Assembly: GCA_964016885.1 (NCBI GenBank) | Contig: OZ024740.1 | Location: 300,638,001 to 300,702,000 of the forward strand | Origin: Eledone cirrhosa | Lineage: Eukaryota | Length of the DNA stretch: 64,000 nt | Direction: 5' to 3' | Shown here: in pieces, positions 16,873 to 30,640 of the stretch | Position numbering within the stretch: position 1 is the stretch's first letter | Layout of the letters: the number at the start of each line of letters is the position of its first letter | Translations under genes and position numbers: made by a program | The notes under the pieces: model-generated | The model's database searches: none | Told to the model about the DNA's origin: nothing | What the model saw: the letters and a program-made list of their open reading frames with translations, nothing else

Positions 16873-17487
16873 TATATTAATATACATATCGTATGCAATG
16901 CTGTTGAGGTTAGGAAACGTCAAATCTTTGGAGTTGTTGTGGGTGTCTTCTCATAGCTTCTGAAGAGGGCAGTTTAGTTTTAATATTCTTAATTAAGTAT
17001 TTATACAGTCATTTCTATACGAGATGTTGTAATTATTATGCCGTTAATGTTGATTGGTCTTACATGACTTTGACATAACGCAGCGTGTTTGTCGCATAAT
17101 TGTTTTAGTTAAGATGTCTTCTTATTTCTCTATCTGCATGCGCAGCTTTCGGAGTTGTCATTCCTGTGTGATTATGTTATTATTATGTATCATGTGATGT
17201 TATAGGACACATCACCTCAATTCAATTAAAATTACTTCTCGTCTAAAATGTGAATATCGATTGACGCGAGGGATCCTCGTATATTATCTTAAGAGAAAAT
17301 GAAGGATGAAAATGAAGGATATCACACATTAGACCAAATATATTTGGAATGGGTGTCTAGGGCTTATACTTGGATTCCAATATAATTTCCACATACTGTG
17401 GTTATTACTGCTTTTATCAATTTTCATGTACTCCTTACGTATCTTAACATGCATTGAAATATATATATATACATATATATATATATA

Positions 17488-17523
<36 letters not shown>

Positions 17524-17747
17524 AAGGTTAATATATATCTGAGGGTACAATGCACCCCCGGAAATATATAGTGTGTCTATGATTTAAGGTGGTTCTATGG
17601 TAATAATTTGATATACCAGAACTTAATATCAAGATAAGCAGAACAAGTAAAATTCAACCAATTTTTCAAAATAAATAAAAATTAATATACAATTAAAATT
17701 AATCAAAATTAAAAAAATATAATATAAATATTTACCTATTCAAATGG

Positions 17748-17825
17748 CCCTAACTGTACAGTTTCACGTTGCAAAACATTAGATATCACGTGGATACTAA
17801 TGGAAAAGCAAAGATCATCAGAGAA
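17748..17825 (-). ncRNA. Hammerhead-like ribozyme (left arm)
   Basis: Reverse-complement copy of 18020-18097. Confidence 0.6.
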
Positions 17826-18019
17826 GCATTTTCCTATCCTAGGGTTAAAAACCCCAGGAACGATAAAATATATGACCTCACTCCAACTAATACAGGTCTG
17901 AAAGGTCGTGAAAGTGACCCATAAATACGTTGGTGTATAGTGAAGGCGGGAAATCGTAGACTGGTGAGGTCATATATTTTATCGTTCCTGGGGTTTTTAA
18001 CCCTAGGATAGGAAAATGC

Positions 18020-18097
18020 TTCTCTGATGATCTTTGCTTTTCCATTAGTATCCACGTGATATCTAATGTTTTGCAACATGAAACTGTACAGTTAGGG
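18020..18097 (+). ncRNA. Hammerhead-like ribozyme (right arm)
   Basis: ttct CTGATGA [imperfect stem II containing cattag/ctaatg] GAAA ctgtacag TT aggg. Stem III is palindromic; the base of stem II is weak. Confidence 0.6.
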
Positions 18098-18212
18098 CCA
18101 TTTTAATAGGTAAATATTTATATTATATTTTTTAAATTTGATTAATTTTAATTGTATATTAATTTTTATTTATTTTGAAAAATTGGTTGAATTTTACTTG
18201 TTCTGCTTATCT

Positions 18213-18250
<38 letters not shown>

Positions 18251-18469
18251 GGGGTAACAAATTATTGTTATAGGTAGTCCACTTAGGTGTAGTCCAGTTA
18301 TGGTACTCCGGGTAGTGGATGATATCAACGATTGGCTAAGTTTGACTCAACAAGGCGTTCCCATAGTGATGCTGCGAGTACGCTGTAATTCCTATGTTGT
18401 AAACACTTGGAGTAATAATAAATCAGGAAAGAAGAGTGACACGGTTTGCTATACAAAAAAGGTTTTTAA

Positions 18470-18590
18470 TCTCATTGTTGACAATTGTTTCTCTGAACTG
18501 ATAGGTCTAGAGATCGCTACCCGCTTATTTTCACGTTACTCGATCACCAATACAAAGTTATAACCAGTCAATTCATCGGAGCTTGTGAGA
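18470..18590 (-). ncRNA. Hammerhead variant (core CCGATGA, ~80-nt stem II)
   Basis: tctca-caa-gct CCGATGA ... GAAAC-aatt-GUC aac-aa-tgaga. Confidence 0.5.
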
Positions 18591-19426
18591 ATGAAAATAA
18601 TATAAAGGCATGGCTACTATATATAGAAGTAATGGCATTCAATCAGAACAATAACAACAATACTAACAATGCTAGCAATAAATTATTTGAAATAATCGCA
18701 ACATCAATCTAGGTTGGAAGTATAGTATATCTACGATTTTAGCGTGTAAAACTAGCTGACATGAGGCAGATGTATAAAATTGACATGTAAAAGCAGTCGT
18801 GGGGTGTATTATATCTCGTGTAAAGATAAGCCGGTGTCTTTAAACAATGTAGGTCAGGTGGCCGTAAGAGTCGGTTATTATCTGACAGATGAAGGATTTA
18901 TCACTGTAGTGAGATTTGTGTGGTCTATATTAGATGAAAGGGTTGTCTAGCTTTCTCATCATCAATAACATACATGCATAAGACAACATTGACAGAGTAG
19001 CAATATAATGGGCAAGTTGATACAGAGGTAAAGGAGGCAATATATATATATACACACAGACATATATATATATATATATATATACATACACATATATAGA
19101 TACATATAAAGAGAAAACATGCTGACTATAATTATAACAGGAGGAAGGTAAAGTTCTGTTGTAGTAGTATTTTGAAATGTTCTTGGATTTAGGATAAAGT
19201 GCTGACAGCAGCTGAGAAGAGATATGTTTATGGGTTGATAAGGTACTTACAGACATTAGTGGGGTATAGAACTAAGAAGGCTAGAATGTATTTAATGATT
19301 ATATTTCTGTTGTGGTTCGTGCAGTGTAGTGGGTATACTAAGTTGAAAGCTAGGTTACGTTGTTATTGTTCTGATTGAATGCCATTAGTTCTATATATAG
19401 TAACCGTGCCTGTATATACTTTTCAT

Positions 19427-19547
19427 TCTCACAAGCTCAGATGAATTGACTGGTTATAACTTTGTATTGGTGATCGAGTAACGTGAAAATAAGCGGGTAG
19501 CGATCTCTAGACCTACAAGTTCAGAGAAACAATTGTCAGCAATGAGA
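19427..19547 (+). ncRNA. Hammerhead variant (core CAGATGA, ~80-nt stem II)
   Basis: tctca-caa-gct CAGATGA ... GAAAC-aatt-GUC agc-aa-tgaga. Stem I has an internal loop. Confidence 0.5.
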
Positions 19548-19598
19548 TTAAAAACCTTTTTTGTATAGCAACCGTGTCACTCTTCTTTCCTGATTCAC

Positions 19599-19701
<103 letters not shown>

Positions 19702-20081
19702 CTCTTTTACTCTTTTACCTGCTCCGGAGATCCGGCTGAGGACATACTAGGACACAGCCATATATATATATATATAAAGTCGAATACCGCTTTTATGATG
19801 AAATTTCATGGAATAATTAAGTGCCTGAATTATGACGGACAACCCTTAAGCGACTGTGGGAATTAACAACGTATATGTTATATGTATAACATACAAACGT
19901 ATAGTTCACTGCAATATGAGAACCTGATAGAATTTTTATGTCACATTTACCACCTTTTGACGAACTGAATTCTCTGTACATCATTTCATACATCACTTCC
20001 ATACGTTTACACACCACACACATGTATACACACGCAGAAACACACACATACACACACACAAACACGCGCACACACACACTC

Positions 20082-20121
<40 letters not shown>

Positions 20122-20312
20122 GAGTATATATGTATGAGAATGTGTATGTCTGTGCATGTGTGTACTCATATTTACATGTACGAAAATGCTTTCCAAGTCG
20201 AAACATTCAGTTTCAACTTTAGTTGCTAGTAAAGCTGGCGACATCTATAGAATTGGAATGGCTGATAGGATCAAAATCGTATTAACTCTACTACGATACA
20301 CAGAAACACAGA

Positions 20313-20483
<171 letters not shown>

Positions 20484-21205
20484 ACACAGCCCCAGTAACT
20501 TTGTTAATGCTATTTTCTCATTGCGACGTTATCTATTAAATCTTACAGACTCTATTATTTCTTTGCCTGAATTTATTGAATTTTTCAGAATTTATTTATT
20601 TTCCTTGACTTACTATCCTACAGCTATCTTAGTAGATACAACGATATTAAGAAGCTTTACCATGTATGTCCATTTTACATCCTCATATTCCTACTATTTG
20701 CCAAGTTCGTTATTGACATCAACATATTTCAGTCAGATTTCAACCCTAATTATAATACATTAATTTCAACAGTCAATATTGGTTTTGTTATTGTTTGCTA
20801 CTGTTATTATTTCGTTCCGCAACGTCGTTCCCTTCCAATAATAGAATTTAGCTATTTTGATTAAAGAACGTTATATTTACAGAACGTATTGAAATTGGTA
20901 ATGACATAATAATTAAAGAGAGAAGATCTTTGTCATCGTTGTTATTTTTGCAAAAAATATTTCATATGATTTGAATTAGATCCTACGACTTGCAATGCAG
21001 TAAGATTATTTTTATAATGTTATTTTTGTAGACAGTATCATTTTTCGTAATTTAAAATGTACGCTTCATTTCACTTCATACTAATCATACAATTCATTCA
21101 AAACTGAAGCATATATATATATACATATGTGTGTGTGTGTGTATAAACATATATGTGTGTGTGTGTGAAAGATCAGACGGTTTATATCCAGCTTATGGAT
21201 ATAAA

Positions 21206-21263
<58 letters not shown>

Positions 21264-21681
21264 TATATAAATATGCGTGTGTGAGTGTGTGTATGTGTGT
21301 GTGTGTTTGTGTGTGTGTGGATTTATGTATATATGGTATGTACGTGTGGGCGTGGGAAGCGTGTGTATGCCTGCTTCTGTGTGTTTATTGTGAACAATAC
21401 CGAATATCTTTTGATTTCTAACACTATATCTTACGGCATTCTATATAATTTCAAATATATAACTATACTTCAATGCATGATAGTATTTTCCTTAAAGAGT
21501 CAATTCAATATAATATTGTATATGTAGCATTAATATAATAAAAGTTTCTTTTTTGAAATATTCTGTTTTACATAAAATATACTAACAACAATCTGATAGA
21601 TATTCCCTTAAATCACATTAACAGAACAAAATACCCTGCATATTCATGGATGATAATATAGAGAGACATACTAAGAATAAT

Positions 21682-21853
21682 TGTTTCTACTTTTTGGCAC
21701 AAGGCCAGCAATTATCCAATACATTACTGGTGCTTTATTTTATTGACCCCGTAAGGATGAAAGGCAAAGTTAACCTCGGCGGGAATTGAACTCAGATCGT
21801 AAAGGGACGTAACTATGCTGAAAAGCATAATCCAACCCTCTCCCGATACTACC
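21682..21853 (-). mobile_element. OK-like SINE
   Basis: Same body as 2937; TSD aagaataat. Confidence 0.85.
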
Positions 21854-23382
21854 AAGAATAATAATCTACGATATATAAGTCTATAATAAAAAGCAACAAA
21901 TATTCAATCCTGATAAGAACTACGACCAAAGATGTTTCAGTCGCATTATTCCATTCTAAAATATATTATATGTTTAACTGGTCGGTGGCCAAGTGGAACG
22001 TAGTATAAAATCTGACTGAAAATAACAAAGATATACATGCATCATTGTATTCCTTCTATGGCATTTTATGTAACTACTTAATGGAATCTGTTTGTATATA
22101 ATGTGACTAGGTCAAGTAAAATTTCAATTTCTTGTCTATTAATATAACACATGGATACTAAGTTCAGCTTGAGTATTTGACGCGAATTTGATATGGCGAC
22201 TCTCGAGATTATTATTGCTTAACTTTATATTGAAATCAAAGGAAGTTATTTCTTTAGATTCTTGTCCAGAAATCTCTAGAAGTGGCATTTATTATCTGTT
22301 TGTTATTGTTTCTGTCAGATGCGTTCTCCGAAAGAAAACAACAAAATATAAAATGTAAATTACTTCTCTTCAATCAAATATTTTAGTTAGAAAATATGAT
22401 AGCCTAATGCTTCGAGCGTAACAGCAAATTTCTCCACGACACATCGATGCCAAAATTGTTTATCTCTTATAATTTTATGAAACTTGTCTTTCAGAAAACA
22501 TGGTAGGTTCTGTCATATAAAGCTATAAAATCTACCACCTCGTATTTTATGAACTTATTCAACGTAAGACAAATGAATGTCATAGATGAAAAAGAAATAC
22601 TATATATTAGATTATGAAGGATCAAACGATGACTACAGACAGAATTACCACACTATCTAATCATATTAGCAATTTAAGGTAAATGTTCTTGAGAAGAATG
22701 TACTGATATCTTTGCCGATTCAGCATTCTAATTTCTAAAATGTCTTCACAGACAACATAACTTCCAACGTATTTACAATATACAACAACACAAATATTTC
22801 TGACTTCACAATACAAAGATTTCTACATATATGCCAAATAATTTAGAAGAAGGTGACAACTTTCTACATTTGTTAATAGAACAACATAAATGTGTAATGA
22901 AAATTACTATGGAAAACCATGTAAGAATTCTTCTGTCTGACTGTCCCTCGGTCTAATAATTATTATCTAATGATTATAATCTATTAAAGAATGAATCTAC
23001 GTATCTATCATTCTATTTAGCTACTTATCTGTTTCTATCTCTCTACCTATGCATCTCCTACTTACTAAACATATAGTTTGAACCCTTACTATTTATTAAA
23101 TTTGTTTTCTACTGTAAAATGCATACTTGCCGACAGGAGGCTATTCCCTTAAATTCTGTACGGATCCTTTCTGAAACAAGGAATTCCTTTTTACATTCAT
23201 CGCTTCTACAGGGAGTTAACTCAGATAATTCGACTTAAGTTGCATTTATCCTGACACAATATCGACAAATAACCTATATATATATATAAGTATACGTGAG
23301 TGTGTATAGGGGGATATCATAATATAAACATAACAGCTAATGGCCTAGTGAGATTATTAATGACAATGAGAGAGAGAGAGAA

Positions 23383-23478
<96 letters not shown>

Positions 23479-23479
23479 C

Positions 23480-23908
23480 ATTCTATATGGCTGAATACAT
23501 TAAATGTAATCTGAGTTTTTCGACTAATAATAATGGTTTCTGATATAGGCACAATGCTAGTAATTCTTTTTGGGGGGGAGTCGATTAAATCGACTCCAGT
23601 GCTTGACTGGTACTTTATTTTATCGACCCCGTAAGGATGAAAGGCAAAGTTAACATCGGCGGGATTTAAGCTCAGATCATAAAGAGACGTAACTCTATGC
23701 TGCAAATCATGGCGTCCAACCCTCTACCGATACTGCCAATCCACCGCTCTCTTTTCGACTATTAATAATAATATTCGATTCGTTTGCAATTATGCAAACG
23801 ACCTCTTTTTTATGGCCTTCTACTGAAAGGGCTTTAAAAAAGAGGATGTTTGCATAATTGCAATCGAATCGAATATTATTATTGATAGTCGAAAAACTCA
23901 GATTACAT
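23480..23908. repeat. Fold-back element interrupted by a SINE
   Basis: Termini atgtaatctgagtttttcgact (23504) and agtcgaaaaactcagattacat (23908). Centre ~23820; short tail 23480-23503. Confidence 0.75.
23530..23745 (-). mobile_element. OK-like SINE (longer subfamily)
   Basis: Shared body plus an extra gtcgattaaatcgac segment. TSD ttttcgacta..taataataat. Confidence 0.85.
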
Positions 23909-24058
23909 ATATATATATATATATATATGCAAAAGTTTTATTTAAAATGTTGGGTTACAACGAGTAAATATTTTATAACTGATATAAAAGCACTCAACAG
24001 GTTTTGGAGTATTTTACGATATTAAACAAATGGAAATTACATTTATAAAACCATATTT

Positions 24059-24122
24059 ATTTCATTATATATATTTCAGGGATATCATATGAAAAATATG
24101 GTATGCCCTCTTGAGACAAAAT
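24059..24122 (-). ncRNA. Hammerhead copy with mutated core (CTCAAGA)
   Basis: Reverse complement of 28318-28381 with the conserved G5 changed to C. Confidence 0.7.
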
Positions 24123-24985
24123 ACAATATATAGACAGTTTTATAAATAAATTTGACATACCTTAGAGTTTACAACTTCCATTTAAAAAGTTGTTACGGTA
24201 GTGAAAATGTTAAGGACGGTTAGAAAGAAAGACGGAGAGAAAAGGAAAAAAGGAAAAAGAAAAAGAAGGAGAAAAGAAAAAGAAAGAGCGGAAGGTGAAG
24301 AAGATGAAGGAATGTATGTAAAGAGAAAATCACCAAATGAGAGATCTATGAGGGAAGGGGGTACTGTAATTATTCATTTGTTTATTTATTTATTTAGTGT
24401 TAAGGATACGGGGAGAAATAAAAACAAAAATAAATAAGGAGAGGTAGATCGAGTAATATCTATTATACGAGGTGGGAGAGATAGGGGAGGGGTGATATAC
24501 AGGAGATAGAGTTAAAACAGCCGATATAAGAGTAGAAGGGAGGAGGAGAGGAGATATACTTAGAAACAAAAATGATAGTTTTAAAATATTATGTTTCATC
24601 AGTCTTTCAATTCCTATGAATTATAATGTAAACATCAGTATTCATGAATGAGACATATCAATAATGTGTGAAAAAATAGTGACTATATGTTTAGTTTAAA
24701 AATTCATATGTTTATAATCAAAATCTGAGATAAAACCTCAAAAAATACTGGAATACATAGGTATATATGTATTTTCATGAAAAAAGAGAAAAGAGAAAGA
24801 AAAAGAGAAGGTTATCTCAAACTGACATTATAGACACATGTTTTAAGGTAGTTTAATTACATTATTAATTATATTATTAATTATATTATTAATTATATAT
24901 TCAAGAAGAAGGTTTAAAGAATTGAAGGAATCGAAAGATTTATCGCCAAGTTTTCTAAAATAATTAAAAGTTTTAAGTAAATATA

Positions 24986-25447
24986 TTACATTTTAAACTT
25001 ATATTCATATTTAAAAGTTGAGTTCAATCTATGTCTGCAGCAACTGAATAAATTGGTCCGTAAATTAAGGGAATTTTTAGATTTTAGTATAAAGAATATC
25101 TCCTCTGCGCAGAGGTCACATGTCTCAGAGGAGGAATTAAAAGGAATCCCTCTTGAGACTATATTCCAAACCGTCGAATATCCAACGTTATCATGTTTAA
25201 GTTGCCAGAGTAAGCCTGATAGTGATGTTGAAGATTTTTTGTTTGGATCTGTGAAAGATTTCCTGTGATTATTATAGCGAAGTTTAAATTCTGTCGAGGT
25301 GGAACCAACATAATTAAAAGAATTTAAGTCAGTTTTAACATTACAGTTGTATATTATATTTTTAACTAAGCAATTGTTATTTAACGGGCATTTAGATCTA
25401 TCTCTACAGTTACAGTTGTTTACTTGAATATTGTTTATGCTATTATC
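24986..25447 (-). pseudogene. PLE GIY-YIG endonuclease domain (open frame, 5'-truncated)
   Basis: CNCR..CPLNNNC..NIIYNC..YVGSTSTEFKLRYNNH..CDLCAEE..LNLR..CCRH. Confidence 0.9.
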
Positions 25448-26964
25448 GGAGAGGTTATTGAGTGGTTTAAAGAAATTAAATATAGCAATAATAATAAATT
25501 TATTCAACTAGATATTGCTAACTACTATTCATCTATTACCCCTAACCTACTAAATAAGGCACTAAATTATGCATTCAAACATACAGACCTAACTAGCAAT
25601 GAAATGCACATTATACTATCGGCAAGAAAAAAGATTGATAGAATTTAATAACCAATTATGGACTAGGGCAGATTGGGATAGCAATTTTGACATTACTATA
25701 GGATCATCTGACTCAGCTCAGGTAACAGACCTTGTGGGCCTATTTATAATTAATTCGCTGCATAGGAAAATACCCGGTGCTACCGGAGGATTATATCGGG
25801 ATGACATGCATTTACTTATTGAAAATAATAACTCTGAACTAAATAGAAAAAGAAAACAAATTATACAATTTTTTAATTACCTTAATCTAAAAATAGAAAT
25901 TGAGAATAACCATAGAATAGTCAATTTCCTAGATGTAACATTAAATCTCAACACATGTCTTCACTATCCATTTCAAAAGTTAAATGAAAACTTGAATGAT
26001 GTCAACTTTAACTCCAACCACCCCAGATCTGTTAAAAATACTATAGTGAACTCTGTTCAAAAACGTATCTCTAGAATCTCATCTAATAAAAATATTTTCG
26101 ACCAAAAAGCCCACTATTACAATGAAGCGTTAGCTAGAGCAGGATATAGTGATAAAATGATGTACATCGATAATAATAGACAAACTAACCAAAATAACAA
26201 CAATTTTAACTACGGTAACAACTTTAACAACTATAATAGAAAGAATTACAATAATTCCAAAAACCAGAAAAGGAATAGAACTAGAAACATAATTTGGTTT
26301 GCCCCCCCTTTCTCACTAAACATTAAAACCCACATCGCTAAACTATTTTTTAATGCTCTTGACAAACGATTCCCTAGAACACATAAGTATCACTCAATTT
26401 TCAATAGACATACTATAAAATTAACCTACTCGTCCACCAAAAATTTAGCACAAAATATTAATAGAATAAATAATAGAAATTTAAAACCTAGCCAAAATAC
26501 TGATAATAGCATAAACAATATTCAAGTAAACAACTGTAACTGTAGAGATAGATCTAAATGCCCGTTAAATAACAATTGCTTAGTTAAAAATATAATATAC
26601 AACTGTAATGTTAAAACTGACTTGATTTTCTTTTAATTATGTTGGTTCCACCTCGACAGAATTTAAACTTCGCTATAATAATCACAAGAATTCTTTCACA
26701 GATCTAAACAAAAAATCTTCAACATCACTATCAGGCTTACTCTGGCAACTTAAACATGATAACGTTGGATATTCGACGGTTTGGAATATAGTCTCAAGAG
26801 GGATTCCTTTTAATTCCTCCTCTGATACATGTGACCTCTGCGCAGAGGAGATATTCTTTATACTAAAATCTAAAAATTCCCTTAGTTTACGGACCAATTT
26901 ATTCAGTTGCTGCAGACATAGATTGAACTCAACTTTTAAATATAAATATAAGTTTAAAATGTAA
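25448..26964 (+). pseudogene. 5'-truncated PLE RT + GIY-YIG with frameshifts near 25620 and 26625
   Basis: GEVIEWF, LDIANYYSSI, GSSDSAQVTDLVGLF, GGLYRDD, VNFLDVTL, SNHP, WFAPPFS, IFNRHTIKLTYS, CNCR..CPL. Confidence 0.92.
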
Positions 26965-28317
26965 TATATTTACTTAAGACTTTTAATTATTTTAGAAAAC
27001 TTGGCGATGAATCTTTTGATTACTTCAATTCTTTAAACCTTCTTCTTGAATATATAATTAATAATATAATTAATAATGTAATTAAACTACCTTAAAACGG
27101 TGATGATCCAAATCTATTGAATAACATTTTAATGCTAGATAAACTTCTAGAATAAATATAAGAGCATCTGTAGAACAACCGAGCATCCTAAAGCTTTTTT
27201 TTTTTTTTTTTAATGATTTCTGCTAAATAGGTTTGGTGAATAATTTTGGTTTTGTTTGCTTTTGACTCTGATTGCTTCTAATAAACTTGGCAATATTGTC
27301 AAATAAATTGGAGGGATTGATTGATATGCTGGGAACACTGTGTTTTTATTACGGCCCTAGATATTCTGGGGAGGAAAATATTCTTGGCGTTTTTAATATT
27401 TTAATATATTGATATCTGTTCTATTCTATGCTTGTACGATAATCATGTAAGAAAGGGCAAGAATATTATTATTATTAATAATGTATATTTTATGTATATA
27501 TATATGTATGTACACTTATGTGTATGGTAAGATCTTTTCAACGCAATGAAGAGTTCCATGTGAAATAAAAATTTACAGAGCTGATCATGTAAACTCACAT
27601 GTGTCTATAATGTCAGTTTGAGATAACCTTCTCTTTTTCTTTCTCTTTTCTCTTTGTTCATGAAAATACATATATACCTATGTATTCCAGTATTTTTTGA
27701 GGTTTTATCTCAGATTTTGATTATAAACATATGAATTTTTAAACTAAACATATAGTCACTATTTTTTCACACATTATTGATATTTGACTCATTCATGAAT
27801 ATTGATATTTACATTATAATTCATAGGAATTGAAAGACTGATGAAACATAATATTTTAAAACTATCATTTTTGTTTCTAAGTATATCTCCTCTCCTCCTC
27901 CCTTCTACTCTTATATCGGCTGTTTTAACTCTATCTCCTGTATATCACCCCTCCCCTATCTCTCCCACCTCGTATAATAGATATTACTCGATCTACCTCT
28001 CCTTATTTATTTTTGTTTTTATTTCTCCCCGTATCCTTAACACTAAATAAATAAATAAACAAATGAATAATTACAGTACCCCCTTCCTTCATAGATCCCT
28101 CATTTGGTGATTTTCTCTTTACATAAATTTCTTCATCTTCTTCACCTTCCGCTCTTTCTTTTTCTTTTCTCCTTCTTTTTCTTTTTCCTTTTTTCCTTTT
28201 CTCTCCGTCTTTCTTTCTAACCGTCCTTAACATTTTCACTACCGTAACAACTTTTTAAATGGAAGTTGTAAACTCTAAGGTATGTCAAATTTATTTATAA
28301 AACTGTCTATATATTGT

Positions 28318-28381
28318 ATTTTGTCTGAAGAGGGCATACCATATTTTTAATATGATATCCCTGAAATATATATAATGAAAT
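28318..28381 (+). ncRNA. Minimal type-I hammerhead ribozyme in the pLTR
   Basis: attttgt CTGAAGA gggcataccatat..atatgatatccct GAAA t-atat-a TA atgaaat. Confidence 0.8.
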
Positions 28382-28422
28382 AAATATGGTTTTATAAATG
28401 TAATTTCCATTTGTTTAATATC

Positions 28423-28484
<62 letters not shown>

Positions 28485-28836
28485 TGAGCGTGTAGTGTTG
28501 TGTGTGTATGTGTATCAAATAGAAGTAGGCAATAAACTTGACATCTCGATAAAAATATTGCTAAAACTGATTTACCACTCAGTCATTCTGTATTTTTGTT
28601 GTACACATACACACACACACACACATTCGCACACGATCACACTCGCACACGATCACACACGCAGAGAGATAGAGGGAGAGGGGTGGAGAGAGATAGAGAG
28701 AAAGACAGAGATACACATGAACACATGAACACACACAAACACAGACGGTTTTATGTCTTTGTGTGTCCTTTGTAAATATGCGTGCCCCCACCCCCACCCC
28801 CAGCCACACACACATATATATATATACAAATAAAGA

Positions 28837-29230
28837 TTCAGCGAGAATCGCATTTTCGGCAGGCAGGACAAGCGAAACGAAACGCAAAACTCAGAAATGA
28901 TACTGGCAAAGTGCTCAATAGTTAAAAACCAGAGCTAAACAATGTGTTAAGAAGCCATACAAAACTGAAAAGGTGGTCAAGAAAGCATTAACCACCGAAG
29001 CCAAAAACCAAATCAAGCTAAACAGGTCAAGACAAAATAAATGATAAAAAATAAGTGATACCCAGACCTGGACTCCCGGAATTGCTGTTGAAATCGGATG
29101 TAGAGTTTCTGTGACTCCTAAATCAAAATACAGTCTGCTTAAAAATATAATCTTTGTGTATAATGATCGAACAAAGAATATCACGTTATCAACAGGTATT
29201 TCGCTCTGTACCAAATAAGTGAATGACACG
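28837..29230. repeat. Dispersed ~400-bp repeat (inverted copy at 37200-37597)
   Basis: Shared blocks ttcagcgagaatcg, aaatcaagctaaacaggtcaa and tatcacgttatcaacaggta. Confidence 0.8.
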
Positions 29231-29368
29231 GTGGTAAGTTAAACCACGTGTGGAAATAACAAGGGGAATAGCATAACCCCAGATTTTGGCAAGGTAATTC
29301 AGTTGGTGTAGATCATGCAAAGAATAACATAAATAGCACAAATCGAATAAGTTCACAATCGAGTAGTC

Positions 29369-29424
<56 letters not shown>

Positions 29425-29565
29425 AGTTTATGTTGGTTGTATACCAACACCTTAGTATGCAGGCTGGAGCACTCGACGAAGTGCGCAGGTTGGTTTGGTT
29501 ACGCCGGAGTAGTGTAAAATAAAGTTAAATAAAAGTCAAATGATTAAAATTTAGCTTCGCTTATT

Positions 29566-29620
29566 ACTGCTATATATATTTCAGTGACAGCCATCTTTGG
29601 CTGTGACCTCTTCAGGCAGT
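29566..29620 (-). ncRNA. Minimal type-I hammerhead ribozyme
   Basis: Exact reverse complement of 29852-29906. Confidence 0.87.
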
Positions 29621-29851
29621 TTGAATTAGTATGGTATAGACAAGTACATATGTTGTTTAGTTGTATAATATTGTCAATACTCTGATATGCCCAGTTCCTT
29701 GTTGGGTTGTTAATTCACTGAGGAACTGGAGTCATACGACTCCAGTTCCTCAGTGAATTAAACAACCCAACAAGGAACTGGGCATATCAGAGTATTGACA
29801 ATATTATACAACTAAACAACATATGTACTTGTCTATACCATACTAATTCAA

Positions 29852-29906
29852 ACTGCCTGAAGAGGTCACAGCCAAAGATGGCTGTCACTGAAATATATAT
29901 AGCAGT
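29852..29906 (+). ncRNA. Minimal type-I hammerhead ribozyme
   Basis: actgc CTGAAGA ggtcacagcc-aaagat-ggctgtcact GAAA t-atat-a TA gcagt. Confidence 0.87.
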
Positions 29907-29946
29907 AATAAGCGAAGCTAACTTTTAATCATTTGACTTTTATTTA

Positions 29947-30076
<130 letters not shown>

Positions 30077-30127
30077 TATATATATATATTTGTGCATGTT
30101 TGTATATATATATACATACTATTCTAG

Positions 30128-30640
30128 GTCTGTATACATATATGTATGTACGTGTACATACTTATATTTAAGTAACAGCCGTACTAAGAGAGGGAAATGA
30201 AATTTCGTTTCAATTTTTCCGTTTATCGTTTTCAGTGCACCCGGCCGATTAACCCACTCGATATGCAAATTGGGCTATTCAGCCGTTAATATGCATAAGG
30301 TAAGTATATACGTTCAAAAATTTGGCAGGAAGGTATACGTTGCTGACGATAGCTAATAAGATTGAAACTAGTACACCGTTCCTTTGTCAGTGTTGAACAA
30401 ACGAGCAACGATGGTTGCTGGACACTACGGCTTAATACGGGATGTTTGTTTACAAACACACCGAGCATTATAATAAATGTTCGGTGAATCCATACGTGCA
30501 TATATATATGTGTGAATGTATGTATATATATATACAAACTACTGTACGTCTGTATACATATATGTATGTACGTGTACATACTTATATTTAAGTAACAGCC
30601 GTACTAAGAGTGGGAAATGAAATTTCGTTTCAATTTTTCC

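Larger units (their letters stand above)
17522..18218. mobile_element. Fold-back PLE/pLTR insertion
   Basis: Inverted arms 17626-17881 and 17964-18218 are nearly identical, with an 82-bp spacer. Unpaired tail at 17522-17625; (TA)n on both sides. Confidence 0.8.
18251..19595 (-). mobile_element. 5'-truncated PLE with an inverted pLTR copy
   Basis: Arms 18421-18658 and 19359-19595, tail 18251-18420. The spacer's minus strand at ~19195-19230 (ctcttctcagctgctgtcagcac) resembles the LFSCCRH end of the GIY-YIG domain. Confidence 0.75.
23930..28425. mobile_element. PLE with a large head-to-head inverted duplication
   Basis: 24015-25447 is the reverse complement of 26502-28425, except that 27099-27597 is absent from the left arm. 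Tail 23930-24014; (TA)n flanks. Confidence 0.92.

Noticed and set aside
24201-24599. ORFs duplicated at 27841-28239
   Set aside because: Low-complexity PLE 3' UTR duplicated by the inversion; no protein features.
27838-27900. CTGATGA followed by an aaca/tgtt stem
   Set aside because: No GAAA or stem III, so it cannot be called a ribozyme.
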